64,000 bases of DNA from Macrostomum lignano. Lineage: Eukaryota. This document shows, piece after piece, positions 12,956 to 26,372 of this stretch; position 1 is the stretch's first letter; each line of letters starts with the position of its first letter. The stretch covers positions 124,001 to 188,000 of the forward strand of contig NIVC01001808.1 of assembly GCA_002269645.1 (NCBI GenBank), read 5' to 3'. The position numbers and the translations under genes were made by a program. Under the pieces are notes generated by a model. It did not search any database and was not told the DNA's origin. It worked only from the letters and a program-made list of their open reading frames with translations.

Positions 12956-15900
12956 ATGATCAGAATTCTGCTGCTAGTTGCTATGCAGGCCACTCTGTTC
13001 CCAGGTAAGAGTGCGCATCAAATTTCCGTATCCGCGTGCCTTTGTTGGTTGTTGATTTTTAACCAATTAATCTTAAGTAGATGCTTGCGAACGCACTACG
13101 CTCGTATTGTCGAGAAAAGTTGAATTTTCTTGATGGATGGATTTAATGGAGGAAGTTTTCGGAGCAAGTGCGACCCCCTTTTTTCTGATTCTGTCGGGGA
13201 TAATATGGATGGATTTAATGGGATTATGGAGGAGGTTAAAAAATTTGTCCCAAAAGCCCCCTCATGCCTTCTACTCAACAGAGTTCTGATGACTGCTCAC
13301 CAAAAGTTTTTAAGAAGCAAAACTTTTCCATCTTCGATGCTGCTTCAAGGACCACTAGAAGTTACCATTATATCATTAAATCAGTTAGAAACCCTGGTCT
13401 GCTAAATTGTTGCAAGCTTTGATGAATATAGTAACTGTATGTACATATAAGCATGACAAGTTTTAAACGATCTGCAAGGACTTGCGTGTAATGACATAAA
13501 TAAGTTTTACTTTAAATGTGCAGCTTTAACAGGTTAAAGCCTTAAAAATTACACACAAATCTATTTTGGAGCTAGTTCAGGTTTCCCAATCGAATCGAAT
13601 ATCAAATTGCCATCGATCTACTTTAAAAACAATATCGACACATTTCAGGTACTGCATTTGCCCAGCTAGCCTGGGATACATTCAGCCCAGCTCAGCAGAC
13701 GTACCCAACCGCCACCGTCACGATAGACGAAAACATGGCGGCTACCACAACGGTGCTGACAATAACCACCACAGGGGCCACGGGCACCGTGACCTATTCG
13801 ATTGCATCATCAACGACGGCTGCATTCACCATCGGGGCTTCCACAGGCGTGATTACGGTGAACGATGCGTCACTGCTTGACAGAGAAGCGATCTCCTTTA
13901 TTGACTTGGTTCTGCAGGCGGTAGACACGTCTCCAGCAACGGTCTCAACTACAGTTCGGATCGATCTGAAAGATGTGAACGAGATTGCTCCAACTTTTTC
14001 GTCGACTTCAACTTACAGCGTTACCATCAGCGAAAGTGAGTCGAATTGGCGCAAATTCTATAAAAATATTTGGATATGAGTTATACAAAGTAAACTTTGT
14101 CATTATTCCAGGTGCCACAGTGGGTACAACAATCCAAGCTCTAACGGTGACGGACACGGACAGCGCCGCGACAAACGTTGCGTGCACCATCAGCTCAGGT
14201 GACCCGGACGGCAAGTTCCAGTTTCGGTCGGACAATCAAACCATCGAGCTGAAGGCCGCCATCGAGCCGGACTCGCCGACAAACAACAGCTTAACTTACA
14301 CGCTCACCATCGTCTGCTATGACAATTTCAATGGTGTCTACAGCGGCGGCTCGCTCGCGTCGACTGGCACAGTGTCTGTCTCCGTGACGCCAGTGAATGA
14401 CAACTCACCGACCTGGGGAACGTTCACTCCGGCTCTTGCTACTCCAATTACTACGATTGATGAGAATCTGGCCAGTGGAACCATCTTTACCGCCGCTGCC
14501 TCGGATGTGGACTACGGAACTGACGGAGTCGTGACATTCAGCTTCTCGACAGTCAAGTTCAACACTGGAGCGGATGCCAGCGCTTTGTTCACGATTGGCT
14601 CCTCAAGTGGAGTAGTGTCCAGGACTGCAGCGACCACCCCGGCTCTCGACAGAGAGACATACAGCCACGTTGAGTTCGTTGTGCTAGCGATGGACAGCCC
14701 GACGGTTACAGCCGATCGGTTGACGATTACTCAGACAGTTCAAGTCAATCTCAAGGATGTAAACGAATTTACACCGGTATTCGACCCTTCAACTGGGCTA
14801 TATAACGTTTCTTTCTCAGAGAGTGAGTGCTCATACTAGTTAACTATTCTTTTGGAAAACGCAACTCCTATGCATTTTATAAGACCATTTACAAATACCG
14901 GTGGTAGTAAAGGACGTGACATTTCAAAGTCATGAAATCTATAATGCATTAGCAAGAATTGGCCCTCCCACATAGAATAAATCCAATATGCATATGATGA
15001 GTTTAATTGGGGATTGCTTTATGTACATGTACAAGGTTGTTCATTCTAGTTTTTTGTAGAATGCCAGGGACCTCTGTGATACAGGATACCATTTCATGTA
15101 TACCATAGATATCCATGATAAAAGGTATGCATAACATTAAATAAGATTTTACCACGCACAGCTATCATTATTTGTTTTCCATTTTCAAGTGATATTTGGA
15201 ATTCTTCTCAAAGGTGAGAAAATTGCCAATATTTTAAAGCGAAACACCTGGACCTTTAGATATGTTTTCCTTCATTAGAGGTGCTACTTCCACTTACTAA
15301 CCAGTGGTTTCCGATAATTTAATCGTCCTTAATTTATTGACGCACAATCGTTATTCCTCAGCCGCTCCCGCCGGGACTCTGGTCCTAAACGTATCCGTGA
15401 GCGACCCGGACTTCTCGCGCACGGCCATATCCTGCACAATCACATCCGGGAACACGCTGGATCGATTTCAAATGCGCGCGGATGGTACATCGTTGGAGCT
15501 GAAAACGCAGATCGAGCCGGATTCGCCCACCTCTGATCCTATAAACTATGTTCTTACCCTTTCCTGCGCGGATAATACTGCCGGTACTTACTCGGGCGGT
15601 CAGAAGTCCTCGACTGGAACGGTTACAGTTTGGGTCGAATATAACAATGACTACTCCCCAGTTTGGTCCACGTTTAGCCCGGCGTGGACATCGGCGACTA
15701 CTCCGATTTCTACCATTCTGGAGAATCTGGCCGTGAATCAGACTGTATTTACAGCCAGCGCAACAGACGACGACGCTGGAGACGATGGTCTAGTCGTCTA
15801 CAGCATCTCAGGCGCAGTCGCGGAGAATGGGTCCTCAGTGATGGAGGCTTTCGCTATTAACGGTTCCAGTGGGGCAGTCAGCATAGCTAATTCTACAGTG

Positions 15901-18900
15901 CTCGATCGCGAAGGCTACAGCTATGTTGATGTCACTGTAGAGGCTCGCGACTCGCCTGCATCTGGCACGACCTACACTATCACGCAGACAGTTCGAATCG
16001 GAATATCGGATTATAACGAATTCCCGCCGGCTTTCACGCCTTCAACTGGACTTTACACACCTGCGATACCAGAAAGTGAGTATAGCTACTGGTTTACAGA
16101 CAGGTTTTCAACATCAGCTCTGCATCAAAAAGGGGTTTGTAGCTTAGTTAAGAGGTTGTAGCCTAGTGAAGGGGTTGTAGCCTTGTAGTGAAGGGATTGT
16201 AGCCTAGTAGTGAAAGGGTTGTAGCTTAGTGAAGGGGTTGTAGCCTTGTAGTGAAGGGATTGTAGCCTAGTAGTGAAAGGGTTGTAGCCTAGTGAAGGGG
16301 TTCTAGCCTAGTGAAGGGGTTGTAGCCTAGTGAAGGGGTTGTAGCCTAGTAGTGGAGGGGTTGTAGCCTAGTGAAGGGTTTGTAGCCTAGTGAAGGGGTT
16401 GTAGCCTAGTGAAGGGGTTGTATCCTAGTGAAGGGGTTGTAGCCTAGTGAAGGGGTTGTATCCTAGTGAAGGGGTTGTAGCCTAGTGAAGTTGTAGTCTA
16501 GTGAAGGGGTTGTAGCCTAGTGAAGGGGTTGTATCCTAGTGAAGGGGTTGTAGCCTAGTGAAGTTGTAGTCTAGTGAAGGGGTTGTAGCCTTGTAGTGAA
16601 GGGATTGTAACCTATTAGTGAAAGGGTTGTAGCCTAGTGAAGGGGTTGTAGCCTAGTGAAGGGGTTGTAGCCTAGTGAAGGGGTTGTATCCTAGTGAAGG
16701 GGTTGTAGCCTAGTGAAGTTGTAGTCTAGTGAAAGGGTTGTAGCCTAGTGAATGGGTTGTAGCCTAGTGAAGGGGTTGTAGCCTAGTGAAGTTGTAGTCT
16801 AGTGAAGGGGTTGTAGCCTAGTGAAGGGGTTGTATCCTAGTGAAGGGGTTGTAGCCTATTAGTGAAAGGGTTGTAGCCTAGTGAAGGGGTTGTAGCCTAG
16901 TGAAGGGGTTGTAGCCTAGTGAAGGGGTTGTATCCTAGTGAAGGGGTTGTAGCCTAGTGAAGGGGTTGTAGCCTTGTAGTGAAGGGATTGTAACCTATTA
17001 GTGAAAGGGTTGTAGCCTAGTGAAGGGGTTGTAGCCTAGTGAAGGGGTTGTAGCCTAGTGATGGGGTTGTATCCTAGTGAAGGGGTCGTAGCCTAGTGAA
17101 GGGGTTGTATCCTAGTGAAGGGGTTGTAGCCTAGTGAATGGGTTGTAGCCTAGTGAAGGGGTTGTAGCCTAGTGAAGGGGTTGTAGCCTAGTGAAGGGGT
17201 TGTAGCCTGGTGAAGGGGTTGTAGCCTAGTGAAGGGGTTGTAGCCTAGTAGTGGAGGGGTTGTAGCCTAGTGAAGCTGTAGCCTAGTGAAGGGGTTGTAG
17301 CCTTGTAGTGAAGGGATTGTAACCTATTAGTGAAGGGGTTGTAGCCTAGTGAAGGGGTTGTATCCTAGTGAAGGGGTTGTAGCCTAGTGAAGTTGTAGCC
17401 TAGTGAAGAGATTGTAGCCTTGTGGTTAGAGCGTTGGACTCTCAGCTTGTAGGTCAGGGGTTCGATTCCCGATCCAACTGAAACAATTTGTGTCCTTGAG
17501 CAAGACACTTAACTCTGCATTGCTTCAGTTCACCCAGCTGTAAAATGGGTGCCAGCATTAGTTGAGGTAATTGAGGGTGGGTGTGGCGACCTCCCAGTCC
17601 TTGGACTGAACAGCTGTACGCAGCCTTCAGATGCGCCGCACAATAGCTGCGGCTGAGCTGTCGGTTGCACATCTGCTCATTAGGGCAGGTGTAATGTACA
17701 AGTACATATAGTATTATTCGTATATGTACCTGTGTGCGTAAATTAATTTGTATTTCTTTTAAACGTGTCCCAAATTCCAGCCACGACAGCGGGCACCGCA
17801 GTGCAGACTATTGTTGCCACGGACCCGGACTACTCGAATACAGCAGTTGTGTGCGCCATTGCCGCTGGTAACAGTCTGAATCGGTTTGCAATCAACACGG
17901 CCGATAAGAAGCTTGTAGAGACCGCCTCCGTCATTCAGCCGGACAAGCCCACCCTCGATCCCACCATCTACCTTCTAACCGTGCACTGCGCCGATATGAA
18001 CAACGGCACCCTGGGAACTCCAGTGCTGACATCGACAGCCTACATCACGGTCAATGTGACCCTCGTCAACGATTACGATCCGACAATCACCCTGAACTCG
18101 ACAACGATGGTGATCCCGGAAGACACCCCAGTATCCAGTTTCATTGTCAGTGTGACTGCGGACGACTTGGACTATGGAAATGACGGTACTTTCACCATAT
18201 CGCTGAGTCCAACAACACCGTTCGCGTATGTAGTACCATTATCTTGCTTCTACGTCGAAATCCTAAAATTTCTCCTTAGATTGAATTGAGTTATTACGCG
18301 TTCGATTAATTTCAGTTTAACCGGAGACCGAACAAAGCTTCTGCTGACAGAGGCTCTAGACAGGGAAACCAAGGATTCGTACGTGATTGAAATGAGGGCA
18401 CTGGATCAGGGGTCTCCAGCTAGGAGCAGCACCACAACGTTGACAGTCAGCATAACTGACGTCAATGATAACACACCTGTGTGCAGTCCCAACACGTACA
18501 ATGTCAGCGTCACCGCGGACAGTGCAGCCACCCTAGTGGCAAGCATTCCTTGCACCGATGCCGATCTGGGTGACAACCAGCTACTGGCCTATTCTTTTCT
18601 GTCGGGGGACACGCGAAATCTGACCCTTTCGTCTACCACTGGTAAGTCAGCGAGTTTTGCTTAAAAAAATATAACACAATCTATATTCAACTCATATTGA
18701 TAATTGGTCACATGACTTATCCAGGTGCCTTGACAACAACCTTTCTAACGTACGATTCCGCGGCGCCGTCCAAAACTCTGGTGATCACTGTGCGCGACAG
18801 CGCGACACCCGCCTCGGCGCAGCGCACAGCGACCGTCACAGTCACCGTGCACGTGCTGCCAAGAAACCTCGGCCCGCCAGTATGGGGAACATTCAACCCG

Positions 18901-21900
18901 CCGTGGATAAGTGCCACTACCGCAATCAACTCGGTATCGGAGAATGCCGACGAAGGATTCGCAGTGTTCACCGCGGTTGCTATTGACTACGACTCCGGGC
19001 CAGACGGTCAGGTGATCTACAGTCTGGCCTCAGTAACCGGTACGGACGGCACTACCAGCGTAGATCTCAGCTCCGTATTTAATATCTCCAGCAGCTCTGG
19101 CCAGGTGCAGGTCAAGACTAAAGGCATCCTTGACCGAGAGGCGACGCCAGCCTACACCTACATCAACTTCGTTGTACAGGCGCGAGATAATCCCACCACT
19201 GGGACTCCAAACAGCATCATCCAGACTGTGCGGGTTGACGTTACGGACTTCAATGAGTTGGACCCAACGTTCACTGGCGATCCATTCTCTGCGACGCTTG
19301 TCGAAGGTAATTGGATAAATACAATGCAAAAAATTACTGTATGAAGACAAAAGTATTCATTTGTGCTTTTATTAAAAAATGACTGAAATTTAATACCCGA
19401 AATTCAGATTCCGCCGCTGGAACTCTGGTGAAACAGATGGTTGTTTCGGATCCGGACAGCTCCAACACGATAATTACCTGCCAGATCACCAGTGGCAACG
19501 ATCTAAGCCTGTTCCGCACAAACTCCGCCAACTCAACAATCATCGAACTGAACACAGCCATCGATCCGGACAGGCCGAAAAATCATCCGCTTAGCTACCT
19601 GCTCATCGTCACGTGCTTGGATAATAATGGTGCTGGCAGTTACAGGACAGCAACAGCCAACCTCTCCGTAACCATCACTACAACCAACGATCACACTCCA
19701 GTCGTATCGATACCGATTGGCAGTAGCATTACCTTGCCTGAAACCCAGGCTATCGGTGACGTTGCTGATATTAGCGTTGTTGACCAAGACTACGGAACCG
19801 ACGGCACAGTTGCGTGCTCGATAGCGCCTACTGGCACTTTTGGGTAAGTTTTGACAGGGAAAATTTTTTTGACTTCAATTTCCACCCATGAGGATCAACT
19901 CCGAAGGCAGAGTGTACATGTCTGACAAATAGAAAGTCAAGACCGCTGTACACCCTGTGGGAGCGTGTGTATAATTGCGTGCCTGAGTACAGTACACTTG
20001 TGCTCAGGAGTCAGCGGAATGTGCAGGATCGCATCACCGCTGGTCTTGGGGCGATTTAGCCAAAGATGTTATGTCAGAGTTTCCATATATATACACACAT
20101 AGACGTATTGTATCACGCTTCGTATAATAAAAATAATTTAAAATTCATTAAACTATTGCAGGCTAACTGGCTGCACTAAGCTAACGCTCGTCTCAGGCTT
20201 GGACTATCCAACGGCCAGCTCCTACTCGCTAACTATCACGGCTGTCGATAGCGGGGCAACGCCGAGAACTGGCAGCGTCGTGGTGACAGTGACAGTGACC
20301 GACGTGAATCGCTACACGCCGTCCTGTTCGCCGGCGACTTACTCGGCTTCTGTATTGGAAACAGCAGCCAGCTTCCCAACGGCTCTGACGCCAGCCACAA
20401 CCATCACCTGCACAGATGGGGATGGCAACGGGGTTTACTATCAGCTAGTAGACAGTTCTGTACCTTTCTCCGTAAACAACTTGACAGGTGTCCTGTCCCT
20501 CAACGGGCCAGTTGACTACGATAGCGCAGTACAAACGTATACGATACTTATTCGAGCGGTTGATCCGGCTGACTCATCCAAATCGGGTCTGGCTACAGCA
20601 ACTGTGGCTGTGACTGCCGCTAACGAGTTCACGCCGACGTTTCCTACGGCCACTGTCACGCTGTCGGTGTATGAGACCGTAGCCAGCTCCACGACGATAA
20701 CGACATTCGCGGCGACCGATGCTGACTACTCACCGCATGCGATCACCAGCTACGCGATCGCATCAGGCAACACTGGCGGGATGTTTGCAATCAGTAACGC
20801 TGGTGTCATCACGGTGGCTTCAGGCATGACGATCGATTACGAAGCTGTCTCCGGAAGTTCGCCCTATGTTTTGCAGATTGTGGCAACAGATGGTGGAGGC
20901 CTAACAGGTACAGGGACGATTAGTATCGTTATCCTGGACTCGAACGACCTGCCTCCAGTCTTTAGCCCAGCAAACTACTCCGCCAGTGTCCCCGAGGGCT
21001 CGGCTGCAGGTACCACCGTCACCACGGTAACCGCCACTGACGGCGACACGGCGCTGAACAATAACAACAAGATATTGTACTCCAAGCTAACTGGAGACTC
21101 GGCGGGCTATTTCAGTGTCAATTCTACCAATGGATTAATATTAACAACTGGTAATATACTGAACTACGACACCGTAACGCAAGTGGTCTTCACGGTGAGC
21201 ATAACTATTTTTAATTTTTATAATTTCCGACGATACATTGTATTCATAAAGATTAGATGTTAAATTATAAACCATCAGACATACAGTTTATGTAGCTATT
21301 ATACAAATAATCCAGTAGATTTATCTGAGGCCATATATTACTTATGTTAGAAACGATTCTACAGTAAGAATCGAGTTTAGGTATTCTACAGAAAAGTGGT
21401 AAAAAAATCGAATTACAGGTCACAGCAGTGGATGGCAACGGTGCTGGACCACACACTGCCACAACTACAGTCACAGTCGCTGTTACGGATGTAAATTTAC
21501 ACGCACCAAGCTGCAGTCCAAGCACAGTCACGGTGAATAACATCCGTGAAGACGTTACAGTTGGTACTGCTCTCACCAGTCTGACTTCGCCGGTTGTGAT
21601 TTGCACTGATGGCGATGCCAAAGACACCCTGACCTACACAATGAGTGCCAGTGCATCTGACAGCCACTTTGCAGTCAATCCGACCAGCGGCGCAATCACT
21701 GTGTCCACTGCTCTGGACTTTGAAACCGCTAGAATCCATCAGTTTGAAGTAGTAGTCACTGACAGCGCTACTCCGGCCAAGTCGGTCAGTATGGCGGTGA
21801 CCATCAATGTACTTGATGTTAACGAATTCAGCCCAACCTGCACAGTGCCAACAACCGCGTCCATGAATGAGGCTCAAGCAGTTGGTACCGCTGCCTACTC

Positions 21901-24900
21901 TGCAACTAGTTGCAGCGACTCAGACGGCACTGCAACAACGCTACAGTTCGCTCTAGTGCCCGGCACCCCGTTTCAAGTCAGCTCATCCGGAGCCGTCACT
22001 GCCAGCAGCGCACTGGATTATGATCCAGCCAGTGCCACCACCAGCTACTCAGTGCGTCTGATTGTGTCAGACAATGCACCCACGATCAGCTCTCTCAGGT
22101 CCAGTACTTACACAACCGTTGTCTCGGTGACACCTGTTAATGAGTTTGCACCGGTGCTCACCTACACGGCTCTCACTGCTAGTCTAGCTGAGGATTCGGG
22201 AACAGGGACAGCACTAGCTTTGAAAACTATCGGTGGTACGAGCGTCTCAATGGCGGCAACTGACGCCGACCGAGGCCTGAATCACGCCACCCTGACCTGG
22301 TCCATTGTTGGTGGAAATGACGCCGGTAAATTTTCGATCAATTCGGCTTCGGGAGCGCTACAAACAGCCGCGGCACTGGACAGAGAGACAGCCGCCAGCT
22401 ACACGCTTCTGGTTAGCGTAACAGATGGAGGCGGCCTCTCTTCCACTGCTAACTGCACCGTGGCCGTCTCAGTGACTGACATCAATGATAACACGCCAGT
22501 TTGCAATCCAGCTTCTCAGACCATCACCCTGTATGAGGGCGAAGCGGCCAAACAGCTGGTAGACTTCGGTGCATCGGGCAGAGTTACCGACGCTGACTCT
22601 GGAGTTAACGCGCAGCTGACCTTCAGTCTAAACAATGCGGGTAAGAAGAGCACTGTTTGATATTATTGCCATAATTATCCGCTATCATAATGAGTGAACT
22701 AACAAAAGAAACTCCACAATCTGATTTCAGCTGCTCTGAGCCCAGACTTCCAGCTTAGTGGCACTCGTCTCAGTAGCGTGCGCAGCTTCAGTTCGTCCGA
22801 TACCCTATCAAACACGCTTTTAGTTGTAGCTACAGATGGTGGCAGCTCCGCTCGATCAGCCACTTGCTCTGTGACGGTTAACATAGCCGTCACAGCTAGG
22901 CCGCCTACATTTACAGTTGCAAACAGCGCTGTCACAGTGTCCGAGAGCTCTTCAGTGGGCACTCAGGTATTTCAATTTGTTCCCAACTTGGGCACTGGTG
23001 GAACAGGACCGCTTACAATGTCACTTGTCGACTTCTCTCCATCTGCGAATTCGAATCTGTTTGCGTTCGATGCCTCAACTGGCCGAGTTTCAGTAAACCA
23101 GGCGTTGGACTATGACTCAAGCTCAACAAGGGTCCCTTTGTCCTGATGGTAAAAGTAACCGACGCCACACCTCTAACTGCGTCGGGCACTCTGACCATCA
23201 GCCTGACTGACGTCAACGACAATGATCCACAGTTTGGATCTACTGTGGAGTTCACAAAAACTATAGACGAAAATGTTGGTTCCGCCTTTTTGACCCAAAC
23301 CATCACCTGGACTGATGCTGATTCCGGCTTAAGCGGAATTGCAAACTGCTCGATTGTGGGGCAGTCCACGCCGGCGATTTTCACCATCGACGCGACCAAC
23401 TGTCAGCTGAAGACGACTGCCAATCCCGACCGAGAGAACTGCAGCCTGCACAATATCACTATCGCGCTTACCGACATGGGTACCCCGCAGCGCACAACTC
23501 AAAGAAGCTTTTTCATCACGATTGCTGATCAAAACGACAACACTCCAGCTTTTGCTTCGGCCTCTTTTGCCGCCTCTGTAGCGGAGGAGTCAGCGCCGTC
23601 TACCACTGTTGGCACCTATGCTGCAACCGATGCAGACGCCGGTGTAAACGCCCAGCTAACGTACTCCCTCACGTCTCAGGACGGCATTTCGGACGCGTCT
23701 AAGTTTACAGTATCTAGTGCCGGGGCTGTGACAACGGCGGCCACGCTCGACCGCGAACAGTTCGGCGTCTATCGCCTGTTGCTGCTTGCAAAAGATGGCG
23801 GGTCGCCACCACGCACGGGTACCACAACCCTTGTAATCACCGTTAATGATATCAACGAACACACGCCGTTGGTAAGACTTTTAAGTAGTACTCGTATATT
23901 TAAAAAATAACTGAATCTTTCGTTTGATCCAAATTAATTTTAAATGTATTGGACTGCTTAAAAAACAAATTTACTTACAACTCTTTCTATTGCAGTTCTC
24001 AGGCCTACCCGACACGGTGAAACTGGTGGAGAACTCCACGGCGGGCACGCTAGTGTACACCATCGCCGCTACTGACCGAGACTCAACCTATGGCGCACTC
24101 ACGTACAGCATCATTGACGGCAATAATAGCACCGCGTTCGCTATCGATGCCAGCACTGGCCAAGTGACCGTGGCCTCGCCTGTAACTCTCAATCGGGAGG
24201 CCATACCAGTTTACCAGCTTGTGGTGCAGGTTCAGGACAACGGTTCGCCAGCTAAATCGGCCACGTCAACTCTCACCGTGTCCGTGATGGATGTCAACGA
24301 GTTTGCACCTAGTTTTGCGTCCCCGACTGTTAGTTTCTCGGTAAGACGATTTATTGCCTTCATTCCTGTGTAGTACACATGTCTCTAAAAGACTCAACTT
24401 GACTATTTTGTTTTTCCTATCGTTCAGATTGCCGAAAACTCCCCGGTGGGCAGCACTCTAGGAACTGTAACTGCCACAGACAGTGACGGCCCGAGCCAGA
24501 CAGTAAGCTATGCTGTTGCTGCCACTTTAGTGGGCACGGCCGGCCACTTTAGCGTCAACAGCGTCACTGGAGTGGTATACGTCAATCAGGCGGCTCTCGA
24601 CCGAGAGACTCTGGCAACCTACGTGCTGCAAATTGCCGCCTACGACAATGGAGTTCCTTCTCTGACGTCTTCTCCGCTGTTGAATGTAACCATCTCTATC
24701 ACGGACACCAACGACAACGATCCCGTCTTCAGTGCAGCCTACTACAACGCCTCAGTTAGTGAGAGTCTAGCTATTGGCTCGGTGGTGCTGACCGTGTCAG
24801 CGACGGATCAAGACGCCGGCAGCAACGCTGCGTTGACCTACTCGCTGCATTCGTCAGCAACGACAGCGAGTACATTTTTCTCGATCAATTCTGCCACAGG

Positions 24901-26276
24901 ACAGCTAAGCACTATTGCAGCTCTGGACTACGAGACTAACACGGACTTTCTGTAAGCCAGTGCACATCTTTGTTACTCTACTTTGTTTTGAGTTAATTCC
25001 AATACATAATCCAACAGTACCATGCACTAAAAACCGTAACAACCGAATTGAATCACGCAGCTTCACCGTCATGGTCAAAGACGCTGGAACGTCGCCTCAG
25101 CGCAGCTCCACAGCCAGCGTCTGGGTGTCTCTGAACAACGTGAACGAGCACCGGCCAGTGTTTGCCTCGACATTCTACAACTGCGAGGTGCCGTACAACG
25201 ACGATACGCGAGCGATTCTGGCGACGCTGACCGCCACAGACGCCGACGCGGGGACTTTCGGTACGATAACGTCGTACAGTTGGAATAGTACAAACATCTA
25301 CTTGTATCTGGGCGCAACTAGCGGTCAAGTGATTCGAAACTCCGATCAAGTCATGGAGCGCAACAAAAAGTACATCCAGTACGCGATGGCCACCGACGGC
25401 GGAGGCCTAGTGTCCACGCAAAATGCCACAGTTCGCTGCGACTCCTTCCCGCCTGAGGACTACGTGGTGCTAATCTACACAGAGTTGTCAGAGAGCAGCT
25501 TCAACATGATGCTGACCAGCCTCACCGCCAGTCTGAACTCCACGCTGCAGGATGTCCACCCGGGCAGCTCAGTGAGGTTCTGGAAAAAGCAGAAGTCTGG
25601 AATCTACTGGGTTGGCTACTTCTATGCTCTAAGCAGCCTTAGCACTGATAGCATCTCCAATATTGGCCAGGACAAAGAATTCCTGACCCAGTCTCAACTG
25701 TTGGACAAGTGGCGACTTAAGTCAGACGGGACACCTACCAGCGTCCTCACGAGCAGCAGCTTCAGCAACTACCGGGTCAACAAAGTGGAGCCGTATCCAG
25801 ACTCCGACAGTGACGCGTCAACAAACTGGTTGGATACGTGGTGGGGCAAACTCTGCCTGGCTCTGGGGGCCGCCGCCGGCGTTGCTTTGATTGGCGCCCT
25901 TGTCTACGGCTTGGTTAACGCATGCGGCGGCGCCGGGGCTGGCGCGTCTGCCGCTGCGCCGACGGCTGCAGCAGCCGGCCAGACCACGGTAGCTCCGGCG
26001 GCTGGAGTCGGCGGCGGCAAAGCGACCAGTCAGCTGGCCCGGCAGCCCATGAACCAGCGGCACCTCCTGCCCAATTCGCAGCAGCAGCCGAAGCCGCCGC
26101 AACGATTCCAAGACACGCCGAGGCCGGACTTTAACGACAAGCAACAACAACAGCAGCAGCAGCAGCAGAAGCAGAACAACTCCAATAACAGGCAGAATCA
26201 GAACCAATCCAGGCAGAGTAACAACGATTCTGGCCGGGGCAGCGCCGCATCCGACGTTGTGATCTTTGAGCTTTGA
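12956..26276 (+). CDS. Giant single-pass cadherin-repeat protein (~3040 aa, ~25 EC repeats, membrane-adjacent domain, TM, short Q/N-rich tail); one frameshift near 23130
   Basis: 14 exons: 12956..13004, 13649..14035, 14112..14822, 15362..16075, 17781..18225, 18316..18641, 18725..19306, 19408..19843, 20162..21194, 21419..22640, 22731..23871, 23996..24340, 24428..24951, 25061..26276. All are GT-AG with consistent phases. Has a signal peptide, repeated xE..AxDxD..LDRE/DYE..DxND/NExxPxF motifs, TM segment WWGKLCLALGAAAGVALIGALVYGLV, and ends DVVIFEL*. Confidence 0.9.
16130..17405 (+). repeat. 19-bp minisatellite (AAGGGGTTGTAGCCTAGTG)n derived from the 5' end of SINE family A
   Basis: About 65 units in cadherin intron 4, running directly into the SINE at 17406. 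The unit matches the first ~19 nt of the SINE copy at 27659 (minus strand: AAGGGGGTTGTAGCCTAGTGGTCAGAGCG). Confidence 0.9.
17406..17695 (+). mobile_element. tRNA-derived CORE-type SINE, family A
   Basis: A box TAGCCTTGTGGTTAGAGC and B box GGTTCGATTCC. GTGTCCTTGAGCAAGACACTTAAC...CTTCAGTTCACCCAGCTGTAAAATGGG resembles the CORE domain. Two more copies are in the window. Confidence 0.8.
19885..20065 (+). mobile_element. Headless fragment of SINE family B in cadherin intron 8
   Basis: Shares several blocks with 3740-3915. Confidence 0.5.
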
Positions 26277-26366
26277 ACTGCTGCCGCCAGGACTGACGAG
26301 GACACTCATAGAGCCCATAAAACTTGAGACTGCCACCTTGCTGTAGCAGCTGTAGCATCCATGGAT

Positions 26367-26372
26367 AATAAA
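26367..26372 (+). terminator. Candidate polyadenylation signal (AATAAA) of the cadherin gene
   Basis: AATAAA ~90 nt after the stop codon. Confidence 0.4.

Noticed and set aside
17406-17475. tRNA gene (also at 3590-3660 and 27590-27659)
   Set aside because: A/B boxes are present, but they continue into shared SINE bodies and I could not fold a full cloverleaf; these are SINE heads.
23124-23148. Programmed ribosomal frameshift in the cadherin
   Set aside because: No canonical slippery heptamer; two homopolymer over-calls explain it more simply.
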